Shown: piece after piece, positions 43,620 to 55,902 of the stretch | How the letters are laid out: every line of letters begins with the position of its first letter | How positions within the stretch are numbered: position 1 is the first letter of the stretch | Assembly (NCBI RefSeq): GCF_009914755.1 | Contig: NC_060932.1 | DNA from: the human T2T-CHM13v2.0 reference genome, Homo sapiens | Length of the DNA: 64,000 nt | Reading direction: 5' to 3' (one strand) | Translations under genes and position numbers: made by a program | Notes under the pieces: model-generated | Databases searched by the model: none | Seen by the model: the letters and a program-made list of their open reading frames with translations, nothing else | Told to the model about the DNA's origin: nothing

Positions 43620-44019
43620 GGTTTTTGGCATTTTTACTATGATGTTTGTAAGTGTATCTCTTTGTGTTTATCTTAATTGGGACCTGCCCCCAGATTTCCA
43701 CTTCTCGGGTATAGTTCAAACGTCAACATTTCCAACAGAATATGCCTGGAATTCCCCAAGATATATGTGTCCTACTCAATTCTCAACCACCATTTTACCA
43801 TTTTCTGTCTCCACCTTCTCTCTTTCTGCTGAGTACAGTACATGCTTCAACCACCCAAGCCATGGAGGACACACATTGAGGCCAGTTACACAGCCCAGGA
43901 CACCTCTTTTCCCCCACTCGAATTCTTTCCAGGCAACATAACAGTAGCACACACCTCCCCCAAACCTAAGTCCTCTGTCCCATTCCCTTGGAGGAGTGTG
44001 ATAAAAGGAAGATGCTTAC

Positions 44020-44058
44020 CTTTTCACCCTTTTCCCCTTGGCCAAAAGGTCCTATGCC
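44020..44058 (-). CDS. COL22A1: COL22A1 exon, 39 bp (GIGPFGQGEKGEK), contains Gly-X-Gly helix imperfections
   Basis: ttctag|GGC ATA GGA...GAA AAG|gtaagc. Confidence 0.94.
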
Positions 44059-44289
44059 CTAGAAAAATGAAAGAAGGCAAAGATTCACTACAGAGCATCT
44101 CCATGGCATGACATTGCAAATGGCAACATCATCCCGAGATTTGAAAGGATTAGATATTTTCTCATCAGCTCTGCCCAGTAGCCACTAAAAGAAATGGTGA
44201 CTATTGTTAACTGAGTGTGCATTCTCATGAGTATCATCTCACTTAATGTTTCCAATAACTCAATATTATAGTTACTATTCTTTGTTTCC

Positions 44290-47200
44290 ATAACAGTTTC
44301 ATTGAAATATAATTTGCATACCATATAATTCACCTACTTAAAATGTACAATTCAATGATTTTTAGTATAAAGTTGTGCAACAAAATCCCCACAAACAATT
44401 TTAGAATATTTTTATCACCTCAGAAACAACCCATATCTATTAGCAATGACTCCACACTTCCTCTACTCTAGCTCTAGGAAAACATTAATCTGTTTTCTGT
44501 TTCTATAGATTTGTCTCTTCTGTACATTTTTTATATAAATGGAATCATATAATATGTGGCCTTTTATGATTGGCTTATTTCACTCAGCAAAGTCTTTCCA
44601 AGGTTAATCCATGTCAGACCATGTATAAGTACTTCATTTTATTGCAAAATGATATGACATTGTACGCATATGACATACATTTTCTTCAGGTGACAGACAT
44701 TTGGGTTTTCTACTTTTGGCTATTGTAAATAACGCTGCTATAAACATTTTTGTGAAAGTTTTTGTGTAAACATATCTTTGCATTTTTGAGGGGTATATTC
44801 CTAAAAGTAGAATTGAATTGCTGGGTCATATGGTAACTCTGTCTTTAACCTAAGGGCTGCAAGGCTGTTTTCCAAAGCAACTGCACCATATTATGCAAGC
44901 AATCCATGAAGATTCCAATTTCTCCACATTCCTAGTTGTTCTACCCATTATTGAAAAGGAGGTATTGAAGTCTCTAACTATTGTTGATTGGTTTTTCATT
45001 CCTCCTTTAAATTCTGTCAGTTTTTGCTTCATGTATTCTGGGGTTTTGTTAGGTGCATATATGTTTATAATTGCTATATTTTTAAGAAATAATTTTTTAT
45101 TATAAAATGTCTCCCTTTATTGATTTTTTTGGTTTAAAGTCTATTTTGTCTAATATTAGTACAGTCACCCCAGTTTTCTGTTTTTTATTTTCAAGATGTT
45201 TATTTTCCATCCTTTTATTTTCAACCTATTGAAACCTATTTGTCTCTTTGAATACAAAAGATATAACCTATCTGTGTCTTGTGAAACCTATTTGTCTCTT
45301 TGAATACAAAAGATACAACCTATTTGTACAACAAATTTGTTGTTGTACAAATAGGTTGTATCTTTGAATCTAAAGTATGTCTTCTATAGACAGGATATAG
45401 TTTGATCTTGTTATTATAAACTTTCTTAAAATTTCTGCTTTTTAGTTGGTTCATGTAGTATATTCACATATATTATTATATAATTAGATTTATATATGCC
45501 ATATTAGTTTTTGTTTTCTACAGGTCTCCTGTCCCACTTTTGTTCCTTTATTGCTCCTTTACTGATCTTTTTTGAATTGAGTACTTTCTAGTGTAACATT
45601 TACACTACTTTCATGATATTTTTAACTGTATATTTTGGAGTTATTTTCTTAGAGGGTGCTCTAGAGTTTCTTATATGCATAATAACTTAATAGGGTCTAC
45701 TCTAGATTTATAAAAACTTACTTCCAGTTAGACATAGAAACATACTCCTTCTTAGCTCTATCCCTTCTTCCCTCTTTTTGTGCTATTATTTTTATGCGTA
45801 TTACATGCGTGTTTGTTAACACCAACCATACATGGTTGTAATGTATTGTTATACCTAACTTGCCATCCCTGTGCCTTCTAGCCTCAATCATTTCTGATGA
45901 CAAGTCAGTTGTTAATTTTATTGGAGTTTCCTTGTAAATAATGAGTCATTTTTTTCTCTTGCTACTTTCAATTTTCTTTGGTTTTTGGCATTTTTACTAT
46001 AATGTTTGTAAGTGTGTATCTCTTTTGTGTTTATCTTAATTGGGGTTCACTGAGCATGTTGAATATGCAGACTACTGCTTTTCATAAAATCTGAGATGCC
46101 TTCAGCCATTATTTGTTTGAATACTTTTCTGCTCCTTTCTCTCCTCTTCTGCTTTAATTCCCAGTAGGTGCAGATTCATGCACTTTATGAACCCCTACAT
46201 TTCTCCAATAATCTGTCTATTTTTCATTATTTTTTCTCTGTTCTTCAGATTACATCATCTCTACTGATCTATCTTCAAGAATTCTGATCTTTCTTTTGAG
46301 CCCCTCTAGTTTTTTCTATTTCATTTATTATAATTTTAAACCCCAGAACTTACATTTGGTTCTTTATAATTTCTAACTCTTTATTGATATTCTGTATTTG
46401 ATGAAATATGTCATTATGCCTTCTTTTGCTTACATCAGAATAATTTCCTTTAGTTCTTTGATCATAATTATAATGATTGCTTGGAAGGCTTTGTCTGTTA
46501 AATCCGATATTTGTATCCTCTCTCAGGCAGTTTCTCTTGTCTGCTGCCTTTTTCGGTTTATGTCACATTTTTCTGTTTCTTAGCATATCTCATAATTTTT
46601 GTTGAAAATTGGACATTTTAGACAATATAGCAATCCTGGATATTGACACTTCCCTTACCAAAAATTGTTTTTGTTCTTTTCTTGTTTATTTGCTCACTGA
46701 CTTGGCTAGATTATTTTAATTAAGTCTATCCCCCTTCCCCAGTGTTCATCTCTGAGGCCAATTTTCAGAGGGCATGGCCTTGGACCTGTACATAATCACC
46801 CCAGGATGACGATGGTTTTAACAAGACTCGTTTTGAAAGTCTCTTTCTTGATTTCTCGGTCAAACTGTCTGCCTCTGCTGACATTCAATCCAGCTCTTAG
46901 GTTCCATTACTTTCCAAATGATCCCTTTACTATTTTCTGCAATGCTATACATGGCATTCATTGCTCTACAGTCTGATCAAACTGAATCAGGTCCCCTTTG
47001 CATGGGTAGCTGTTGTGGGCAGTCATTGAGGTTTCTTTCTGATGCCAGGAGCAGTCTTCTTAGTGGTGTTTTCCCCCTGGTTCTTTCTGGTAAACTAGCT
47101 TTGGTAAAGTTGTGGTTTACTATAGAGTACCACACTCCTCTTAATTTCTTACCACCATCATCTCCTTTGTTTCTAGAGAACTCTTACACTTATACTTCTC

Positions 47201-47600
47201 CACATTCTGTTTCAAAGTCAGTGCCTTTGGGGAGAGCTTCAGAGTTCTTCGTTCCTAAGGATTGTACCCTGGGCTAAATATCTGCATCCCTGCTCTGGAA
47301 CTGGGAGCTGGGAGCTGGGACCATGGCCCTCTTCTCTTGGAACGGTGCCCTGGCTGGGAAGGAGCAGTAGCCTCTGCTTTTCTCAGCTTGCATCCTTCAC
47401 TGGGGAGCCTCCACTGTATGACTGAGCTTGGAAAGGGTTGATCAGAATCCCAACATTCTTGGCTTGTCATGCCTGAGGTTGCACCTCCACCCTGTGAATG
47501 GGGGTTGGGGAGAGGAAGCGAGCCCTATCCCTTGGCTGCATCTGCCAAGAATTTAGGCTCTGGAACTCCAGACGCAGGAGGTGAAAAATGTTGGAATTTC
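44290..47600 (-). mobile_element. Old, internally deleted L1M element (3'UTR, ORF2/ORF1 remnants, probable 5' region)
   Basis: T-rich strand with L1 motifs (aaatggaatcatataatatgtggcctttt; gaattgctgggtcatatggtaactct; gtattgaagtctctaactattgtt). Boundaries approximate; may be more than one element. Confidence 0.7.
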
Positions 47601-48832
47601 ACCAGGTATTATCTTTTTGGGGGGAGTAGATTCACAGAGTTCCTCATGTTGCCATTTCAGAAGTAGAACCACTACAGATATTATTTTTATATCTGTCTCA
47701 CAAATGTGAAAAGTGAAGCTCAGAAAGTTCTAGCGACTTCTTCAGTTCATGAAGCTAGTAGGTTGTGGAACCAAAATTTGAATGTAGGCTGCCTGATGCT
47801 AGTGCTGCTTCCTCAATCACAGTGCTATTTGGCCTCAATAGAGCTGCTGATGATATCAGGCAGGCAATAATGATCATAATTATGCGATGGACCGCTTCCC
47901 AGAGTTCAGAGCTCCAGAGTACAACCATGTTTGTTCTCTGGCTGATTCTGGTGGTTTCTCTGAATTCAGAATGTCCTCCCAATCTCCCTTCCTTTGAACC
48001 CAGCTACAAGTGACAGCACGTGTCCTAAAGTGGGTCTTGTCCCAGACATGGAGGAGAGGAATGGACCTGGCATTTCCTACACCTACTGCCTGACAAGTGA
48101 GTTCCTAAAAAACCACATGTGTATGAGTTACCACTCTTCTCTGAGCTTCAGTTTGCTCATCTGTAAGGTGGGCCTTTCACTAGGCCTCACGTCACCGAGC
48201 TGATGTGAGAGTTAAGTGAGCCCCAAGTCTGTGAAGCATGTAATGCAGAGCCAGCAGTGCAGTGAGTGCTGGTAAATGTGACCAGCTCTCCTTATTTCCA
48301 TGTCTTTCTGCACACAACAGGTGCTTCCTACCTACACAAAGGAGGTAGATATGCATGTGTAGGTGAAGGTGAAGCACAGCCAAGTGAGCACAAGACCCAG
48401 ATTAAAACAGATGCAGGTGTAAATTCTGTCTCTGCCACATCCAGCCTCTATGACTGAGGGCAAGTCATTCGAGCCTGAGAAACCAGTGTCATTCCCATTA
48501 GAGACGTGATGAGACTATGTCAAAAGTTGTTCCATGGAGCAAAGGTTAGACTCCATAGGATGCACGTGCCAAGAGTAGATGGCATCACTACGCATGAGGG
48601 GGCAACAATGTGGGGTGCTGAGGGAATTGCATTTGCCATGCTAATTCTTCTAGGGAAGAGGCTTGTTTCCTGGGTTTCCTCCTGAGCACTGAGAACACAG
48701 AAGGAACTAATTATAATCACACACATCAAAAAAGACAATGGTCATTCACTGATCACCCACTATGGGCCAGGCATTTTGTAAACCAAGTAGTTGTTATACT
48801 CCTCATTTTGCTAATGTGTAAATGAGGCTTTA

Positions 48833-49103
<271 letters not shown>

Positions 49104-50072
49104 ACCTGCCCAAGGTCACACGGCTAATAAAGGCTGCAGCCAAGGACAATAACTGAGGCCCATTTGACACCAAACTTGTGCTGTTGATGCTACATGATTC
49201 TATGCAGGAGGGCAGAGGTTAGTGCTTCCACCAGGACAGGGACTGACTGCACTCACTACTGTTCTAAACCATTTACATGCATCAATTTATTTAATCTTCA
49301 TAATGCTACTGAATACGTTATTTTATTATCCCCATTTTACAGATGAGAAAACTAAGGATAGAAAGGTTAAGTATCTTGGTGAAGCCGGAATTCACTTCTC
49401 AGCCATTCAGCTCCTGAGGGCCACCCTGAACTGTGACTTCATCTCTGCAATTCTTTCCTGACCCATCATTAATTGCATTCACTCATCAGCTGAAAGATTC
49501 ATGAATACAATTCATGCTAGGCCAGGTGCTGGAAACTCTGTGACTATAAATCACAGATCAGGACACCTGGGAGTCCTCTGATGCTGGGATGGAGGAGGTG
49601 CTGTGGGAACACAGAGCTGGGTTTTGGAGTGATGTCTTGGAGAATTAGACACAGTTGAGTAGGAATGATGAGAACTCATGAGCCAAGCAGGAAGGCATGG
49701 GGAAGAGAAAACAGGGGTGGGGAGAAGGAAGCATTATTCTTGGCAGAGGAAAGAGCCTGTGTAATGGCCAGAGTCAGGAAGGGCACAACAAAATGACAAA
49801 TTAGAGGGTTAGTAACTGTGATGATTCAAAGCACAGAATTCTGGTTATGGGGTGGCAAGAGACAAGGCTAGAGAGTCCGCCAAGACCATATTCAGCAGGC
49901 CTCCATGCCCATGGAGAGGAGCTAGGGCTTCATCTTGAGGGTGGTGTGGGAGTAGTGCCTGGCCCCTGCCAGGTATTCAGCCCACACTTGCTGATTTGCA
50001 TGATCGGAGGGCCCTGGGTCCCCCACGCCCGCCCTGAGGTTCAGCCATGTAGAGGAGCAGCCATCTACTCAC

Positions 50073-50135
50073 CACATCACCTTTCTCTCCCTTAGGTCCA
50101 GGAGCGCCAACCGGCCCAATGGCTCCTATGTCTCC
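50073..50135 (-). CDS. COL22A1: COL22A1 exon, 63 bp (GDIGAIGPVGAPGPKGEKGDV)
   Basis: cctcag|GGA GAC ATA...GAT GTG|gtgagt; 7 Gly-X-Y triplets. Confidence 0.96.
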
Positions 50136-50591
50136 CTGAGGGGTTGAGACCAGAGACAAGCATCAGATTAGGTTTCCCGACAGGGCTCTTGCACACACAG
50201 GACCCTCACGGCCAACCTTGCTCCAATTCCCTAGAAGCAGCTGACTTCATCTTTGCCATTTCTGCAACGAGGCCACATGTCCCACCCCTGGAGAGGAGGA
50301 AGCATCTAAGTCATCTCCCAACATCACAATTCCAGGAACCACGGACTTCTTGAGGAAAGCAAGTGCATGAAAGCATTGCACATTCATCCTTGGGAATGGC
50401 CTGCCACTGATCCCACCACCAGGGCCTCGGAAGGGGAAGTGGAAGTTCCAGGTTTGAACAGCAGCTCTGCCACTTCCCAGGAGCACACCATTACTGTCTT
50501 TGGGCCTCAGGCTTCTCTTCCATAAACAGGCACGTCATCACGCAGGCACATAAGATTAAGAGCATAAAGGTGCTTTGAAAACTTCCAAGTG

Positions 50592-50653
50592 TCCCATCCA
50601 AGTACTAACCAGGCCCGACCCTGCTTAGCTTCCGAGATCAGACGAGATCGGGC
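50592..50653 (-). pseudogene. 5S rRNA fragment (nt 27-88 of the human 5S sequence), retrocopied
   Basis: Reverse complement is GCCCGATCTCGTCTGATCTCGGAAGCTAAGCAGGGTCGGGCCTGGTTAGTACTTGGATGGGA, identical at 62/62 positions to 5S rRNA as recalled. Both ends of the RNA are missing. Confidence 0.95.
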
Positions 50654-50750
50654 ATGGCACATGTATACATATGTAACTAACCTGCACAATGTGCACATGT
50701 ACCCTAAAACTTAAAGTATAATAAAAAAATAAAATAAAATAAAATAAAAC
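50652..50750 (+). mobile_element. Young L1 (L1PA2/L1HS pre-Ta-like) extreme 3' end plus A-rich tail, fused to the inverted 5S fragment
   Basis: gcatggcacatgtatacatatgtaactaacctgcacaatgtgcacatgtaccctaaaacttaaagtataata followed by (TAAAA)n. TSD aaaacttccaagtgtc at 50578-50593 and 50751-50766. Confidence 0.93.
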
Positions 50751-51898
50751 AAAACTTCCAAGTGTCAACCAGAGTCCCCTGGGCATTCAATTTGTATAAC
50801 AAGTCCATCCCTGTGTACCTGGGGCCCTCATAACTGTCCAGGAGGAGAAAGAGAGCAGGTAGAGGAAAAAACTGTGTCTGCAAGGGAGGAAAAACTCATC
50901 ACAAGCCAAGTGTTGAACTGGAACCTAAATCTCCTGCCATCTCATGAGCCAATCCAAGATAGGTGTAGGCACAGGAAACAGAGCCTTCAATTCTATTCTT
51001 TTGTCTTTGTTCTTGATCTGAAACTTTATCTCTCTTGTTCCCAGCTCATCTTTTATATTCTAAGAACACATGGCTACTTTGCTTATGCTATTCCCTTTGG
51101 CTATGATGCCCTTCCCTGCCTCCTTTGTCCTGAGCAGTTCCTGTCTATTCTACTGGACCCAGCTGGTCAGGGCTGTCAGCAGAAAGGTGTCCTGAGGTCC
51201 TACCAGGTAGCAATGGGGCCTCCCCTCTCAGCCCCTCAGCTCCTGGGCCCCTCTATCCTGACTCTCTTCATACTATCCCAATCCTCTCTTTCCTGCTCCC
51301 TTCCCCCTGGCCTATGAGTCCTGGGGACCAGGCTCTCAGTCAGTCACTTTTATATTCCCACATCACAACTGGGCCTTGCACCTGGCAGACTCAGCCTATG
51401 CATGTGGACAGAGCCCGAGCTCTGTGTAGGGACACGGAGCCACCAGGAACCCCAGCCTTTGACTCAGGGTCCTAACCATGGTTTGGGACAATGTGACGGA
51501 TGACACTATAGGACCACGATTGCAAGTGAGCTCTGCAGGAGCCGGGCAGGTCTCCAGGTGGCTGCATCAGTTGCCCTTTTCAGTGCTCTTCTCCTCCCAC
51601 CATTTCTGCTCTCCTTGTGGGGCCCAGGGCCTGCTCTGCTCAAGCACAGCAGAGGCAGCCATTACTAAACAGCCCTTGCTTCACACAAATGTCTTCTACT
51701 GAGAGGCCTATGAAACCCCAGGTAGTTTGCGCTTTCCTCCCGTCACAGCCGAGAATCGAGGTGACTTCTCAGAGGAGCTCGGTGATGCAGAAACCCCTGC
51801 CATCCTCCTCACAGCGACCAGCTGGCACCTGGGCTGAGCCGCTCTCCATCAGCACAAAGAGAAGACTCACCAGGGGAGAGGAGCTGAGGGGGCAGCGG

Positions 51899-53868
51899 GT
51901 GTGTGTGAGAGTGTGATGGTGTGTGTGATGAGGGGTGTGTATGTGATGAGGGGTGTGTGTGTGATGGGTGTGTGTGTGATGAGGTGCGTGTGGTGTGTGT
52001 GTGTGTGATGGGATGTGTGTGTGATATGGGGTGTGTGTGTGCATACGTATGTATATGTGATGGTGTGTGTGTATATGTGATGTGTGTGGTGGCTGTGTGT
52101 GGTGGGTGTGTGATGGGGTGTGTGTGATGGCGTGTGTGTGATGGTGCATGTGTGTGATGGTGTAGGTAATGGTATGTGGTGGTGTGTGTGTGATGGTGTA
52201 GGCAATGGTGTGTGGTGGTGTGTGTGTGATAGTGTGTGTGATGGTGTGTGTAATGGTGTGTGATGGTGTGTGTGTGTGTTAGTGTAGGTAATGGTGTATG
52301 GTGGTGTGTGTGTGATGGTGTATGTATGTGTGATGGGGTGTGTGTGCATATGGGTATGTGCATGAGGGTGTGTGTGTGTGGTGTGTGTGTGTGATTGGGT
52401 GTGTGATGGGGTGTGTGTGCATGTGTGTGAGATGGTGTGTGATGGTGTCTGATGATGTGAGCATGCATGTGTGTGTGTGTGATGGTGTGTGTGGTGGTGT
52501 GGGATGGTGTTTGGTGTGTGTGTGATGGTGTGGCTGTGTGATGGTGTGGATGTGTGATGGTGTGCATGGGTGTGTGATGGTGTGGGCATGTGATGGTATG
52601 TGTGATAGTGTGTAAAGGTTGTGTATGGTGGTGTGGGATGGTGTGTGGTGTGTGTGATGGTGTGTGTGTAATGATATGGGATGGCATGTGATGGTGTGTG
52701 TGTGTGATGGTGTGTGTGTATATGTGTGATGGCATGTGTGTGATGGTATGTGTGATGGTGTGTTATGGTGTGTGTCTATGTGTGATGGTATGTGTTTGTG
52801 ATGGTGTGGGACGGTGTGTGAGGGTGTGTGTGTGTGATGGTATGTGTGATGGTGTGTTATGGTGTGTGTCTGTGTGTGATGGTATGTGTTTGTGATGGTG
52901 TGGGATGGTGTGTGATGGTGTAGTGATGGTGTGTGTATATGTGATGGTGTGTGTGTGTGTAATGGTATGTGATAGTGTAGGTGATGGTGCGTGATGGTGT
53001 GTGTCTGTATGTGTGATGGTGTGTGTGTTTTTGATGGTGTGTGTGTATGTGTGATGGTGTGTGTGAGATGGTGTGTTTGTGTGTGATGGTGTATTATGGT
53101 GTAGGTGTGATGGTGTAGGTGACGGTGTGTGACTGTGTGTGTGATGGTATATTATGGTGTGTATGTGTGATAGTGTGTGTGATTGTGTGTGATGGTGTGT
53201 GTGTGTGACGGTGTAGGTAATGGTGTGTGGTTGTGTGTGTGATGGTGTAGGTAATGGTGTGTGATGGTGTGTGTGTGATGGTGTGTGTGTGATGGTGTGT
53301 GTGTGTGATGGTGTAGTTAATGCTGTGTGGTGTGTGTGTGAGATGGTGCGTGTGTGATGGCGTGTGTGTGATGGTGTGTGTGTGTGATGGTGTGGGTAAT
53401 GGTGTGTGGTGGTGTATGTTTGTGTGTGAGGGTGTGTGTGATGGTGTGTGTAATGGTGTGTGATGGTGTGTGATGGTGTAGGTAATGGTGTGTGGTGGTG
53501 TATGTGTGTGATGGTGTGTGTGATGGTGTGTGTAATGTGTGATAGTGTGTGCGTGTGTGATGGTGTAGGTAATGGTGTGTGGTGGTGTGTGTGATGGTGT
53601 GTGTAATGGTGTGTGATGGTGTGTTTGTGTGTGATGGTGTAGGTAATGGTGTGTGGTGGTGTGTGTGTGATGGTGTGTGTGTGTGATGGTGTAAGTAATG
53701 GTGTGTGATGGTGTGTGTGTGATGGCATGTGTATGTGTGATGGGGTATGTGTGTGATGGTACGTGTGTATATATGTGTGATGGTGTGTGTGAGATGGTGT
53801 GTTTGATGGTGTGTGTGTGATGTTGTATTATGGGGTGTGTGTGTGTGTGTGATGGTTTGTGTGTGTGT
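51899..53868. repeat. ~2 kb complex simple repeat built from (TG)n and TGATGG units
   Basis: Continuous gtgtgtgatggtgtgt-type array; gives rise to the His/Thr-rich pseudo-ORFs. Confidence 0.97.
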
Positions 53869-55286
53869 CCGTAGTGTCACATCCTAGCACAGTGGGGGCA
53901 AAGCAGGGAAGGGTGTGAGATGAGGGAGGGAGGGATGCCAAGGAAATATCTACAGTCAGGAGAGAGAGAAAAGAGAAAGAGAAAAGGCAGAGGAGAGGAG
54001 AAACAGACAAGGCAAGAGAGGAAGCAAGGAGGGACGCATAGGAAGGGAAGAATGCCCAGCAAAGGTGGACAGGAAGAAAGCATCGCTCAGGCGAGTCATT
54101 TCACCATTTCGGCTTTTGATTTCTCATCTGGAGAATGGGACCAATGCTGCTTGTCACGCAGGGTTGATTTAGGGTTTGCTATCACTCATTCAACAAGAAG
54201 GGACCACCTGCAACGTGCAGAGCCCTGAGCTCACAGCAGCGGGCACTGGAACGGTAATCCTTACCCCACAGCGCCTGCTGTCTGAGGCACAGGTAGGCTC
54301 CCACTCAAGCCTGACACACAGCAGATGCAGTCATTGTCACTGCAATTCAGTGGAACAGGATGGAAGATGGGAAAGAAGTGGGCAAAAAGAAAGAGATTCC
54401 ATGTACTCCCTGGTCTGTCTGCACCATGAGACTCAGGCATGTGACGGTCAGGTCCTGTCTAAACCATCCTCTAACCCCAGCATTGACCTCAGGGCCTGGC
54501 CCTCAGCAGGTTTCACTAATGATGCACTGAATACATTATTCAAACTAAGAAATGCAGGAGGAGAAATAGGGGGGAGAACAGAGTGGAAGGAAAGAGAGAG
54601 ATGAAAAGAGATACAGAGAGTGAGAGATAAAGACAGAGAGAGACAGTGACACATAAAGAGAGGCAAAGGCTAGGGAGAGAAGGGAAAGAAAGGGAGGGGA
54701 GGGAGAGGCCCAGCTGTCTCCAGTGATTTTCACCCACACACTCAGTTCCTCTTTCAAACACGGGATGATGGTGAACTCTCCACTGTGCCTTGATAAACAG
54801 TATAACCCTGGGAAGTGACAGAGAGGAATGAGACCACTCTGTGACTGAGGACAGAGGGGCCCTACCTGGCTTGGTGCAATTAGTGAATTTGGAAATCATG
54901 TGTTTAAAGGGTCATGCAGTTTAATGAATCTTAAAAGCCCAACCCCTAAAAGTTTCTGGAATACAGCAGCTTCAACCAATTGCTGCAAAGTTAATTGACC
55001 ATGGAGAGTTGAGCGTGTTGGAGCAAATGAGACCTGAGCCAGGGCTCTGGGAATCTAACCCTTTCTTGCTCATATTTGCAGACTGAGAACTGGAGGTTCT
55101 GGGCAGTTAAGAGGCTCCCAGGATTTCAGACTTTATGACATTTGCTCTTATCCATCTAATTTAACAAGCTCTGAGGCAAAATATTAGCAAGGCAGCATCC
55201 CCACACACCATCTTTTGTCTTATATAGACAGCAAAGGAGAGGACAAGTGAGGTTCTAAACTACACCTCTGCCATGCCTGTACTGAC

Positions 55287-55331
55287 CTTTGGACCAGGGA
55301 GCCCCATGGGGCCAGCAACTCCCATTTCACC
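55287..55331 (-). CDS. COL22A1: COL22A1 exon, 45 bp (GEMGVAGPMGLPGPK)
   Basis: ttttag|GGT GAA ATG...CCA AAG|gtcagt; 5 Gly-X-Y triplets. Confidence 0.96.
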
Positions 55332-55574
55332 CTAAAAGAAGAAAGACAACAAAAAAGTAAGTTTCTATTTTAATTTTCCCTTTCTCTCAACACTGGATGG
55401 TAATCCACCCCCACATGCTTAGAAGCCAATGGCTTAGTAAGCCCAGCGCCGACCAATGAGTTGGGCAAGGAAATTGGTTGACTGTGCTGAAAGTCTCTGC
55501 TCTTGAACTGCAAACCTATACGGGAAGCTTTGGCACAGCCTCCAGGTGCAGCTACCGGTGGACACAAGATAGAA

Positions 55575-55902
55575 ACAAGCAAACTGAGGCACAGAAAGAC
55601 AAATACCACATTTCTGCTTACTTGTGTAAGTAAAAGCATGAAACACCAAGAAGCAGAAGGCAGAGTGGTGGCTACCAGAGGCTATGGAGCGGGAGGAATA
55701 CACACACGTTGTCAAAGACTACATGCCTCAGACAGGAGGAATAATGAATGGTAAGTATTTGAGAGGATGGATATGACAATTAGCTGAGTTCAATCATTCC
55801 ACATTGTATACATGTATTATGACATCACTTTGTACCCCATAAATATATGCAATTATATAGTTTGTCAATACCCAAACTAAATATGTAAATAAATTAAAAA
55901 AC
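55575..55902 (+). mobile_element. L1MA-like 3' end fragment
   Basis: aggcacagaaagacaaataccaca...gtggtggctaccagaggct...tgtaccccataaatatatgcaattat, ending in an A-rich stretch. Confidence 0.75.

Noticed and set aside
50592-50653. Functional 5S rRNA gene
   Set aside because: Only about half of the RNA is present; there is no 5' end, no complete box C and no terminator.
51769-53880. Long His/Thr/Pro-rich ORFs (up to 321 aa)
   Set aside because: They are translations of the simple repeat, which has few stops on the CA-rich strand; several frames are open at once and there is no gene structure.
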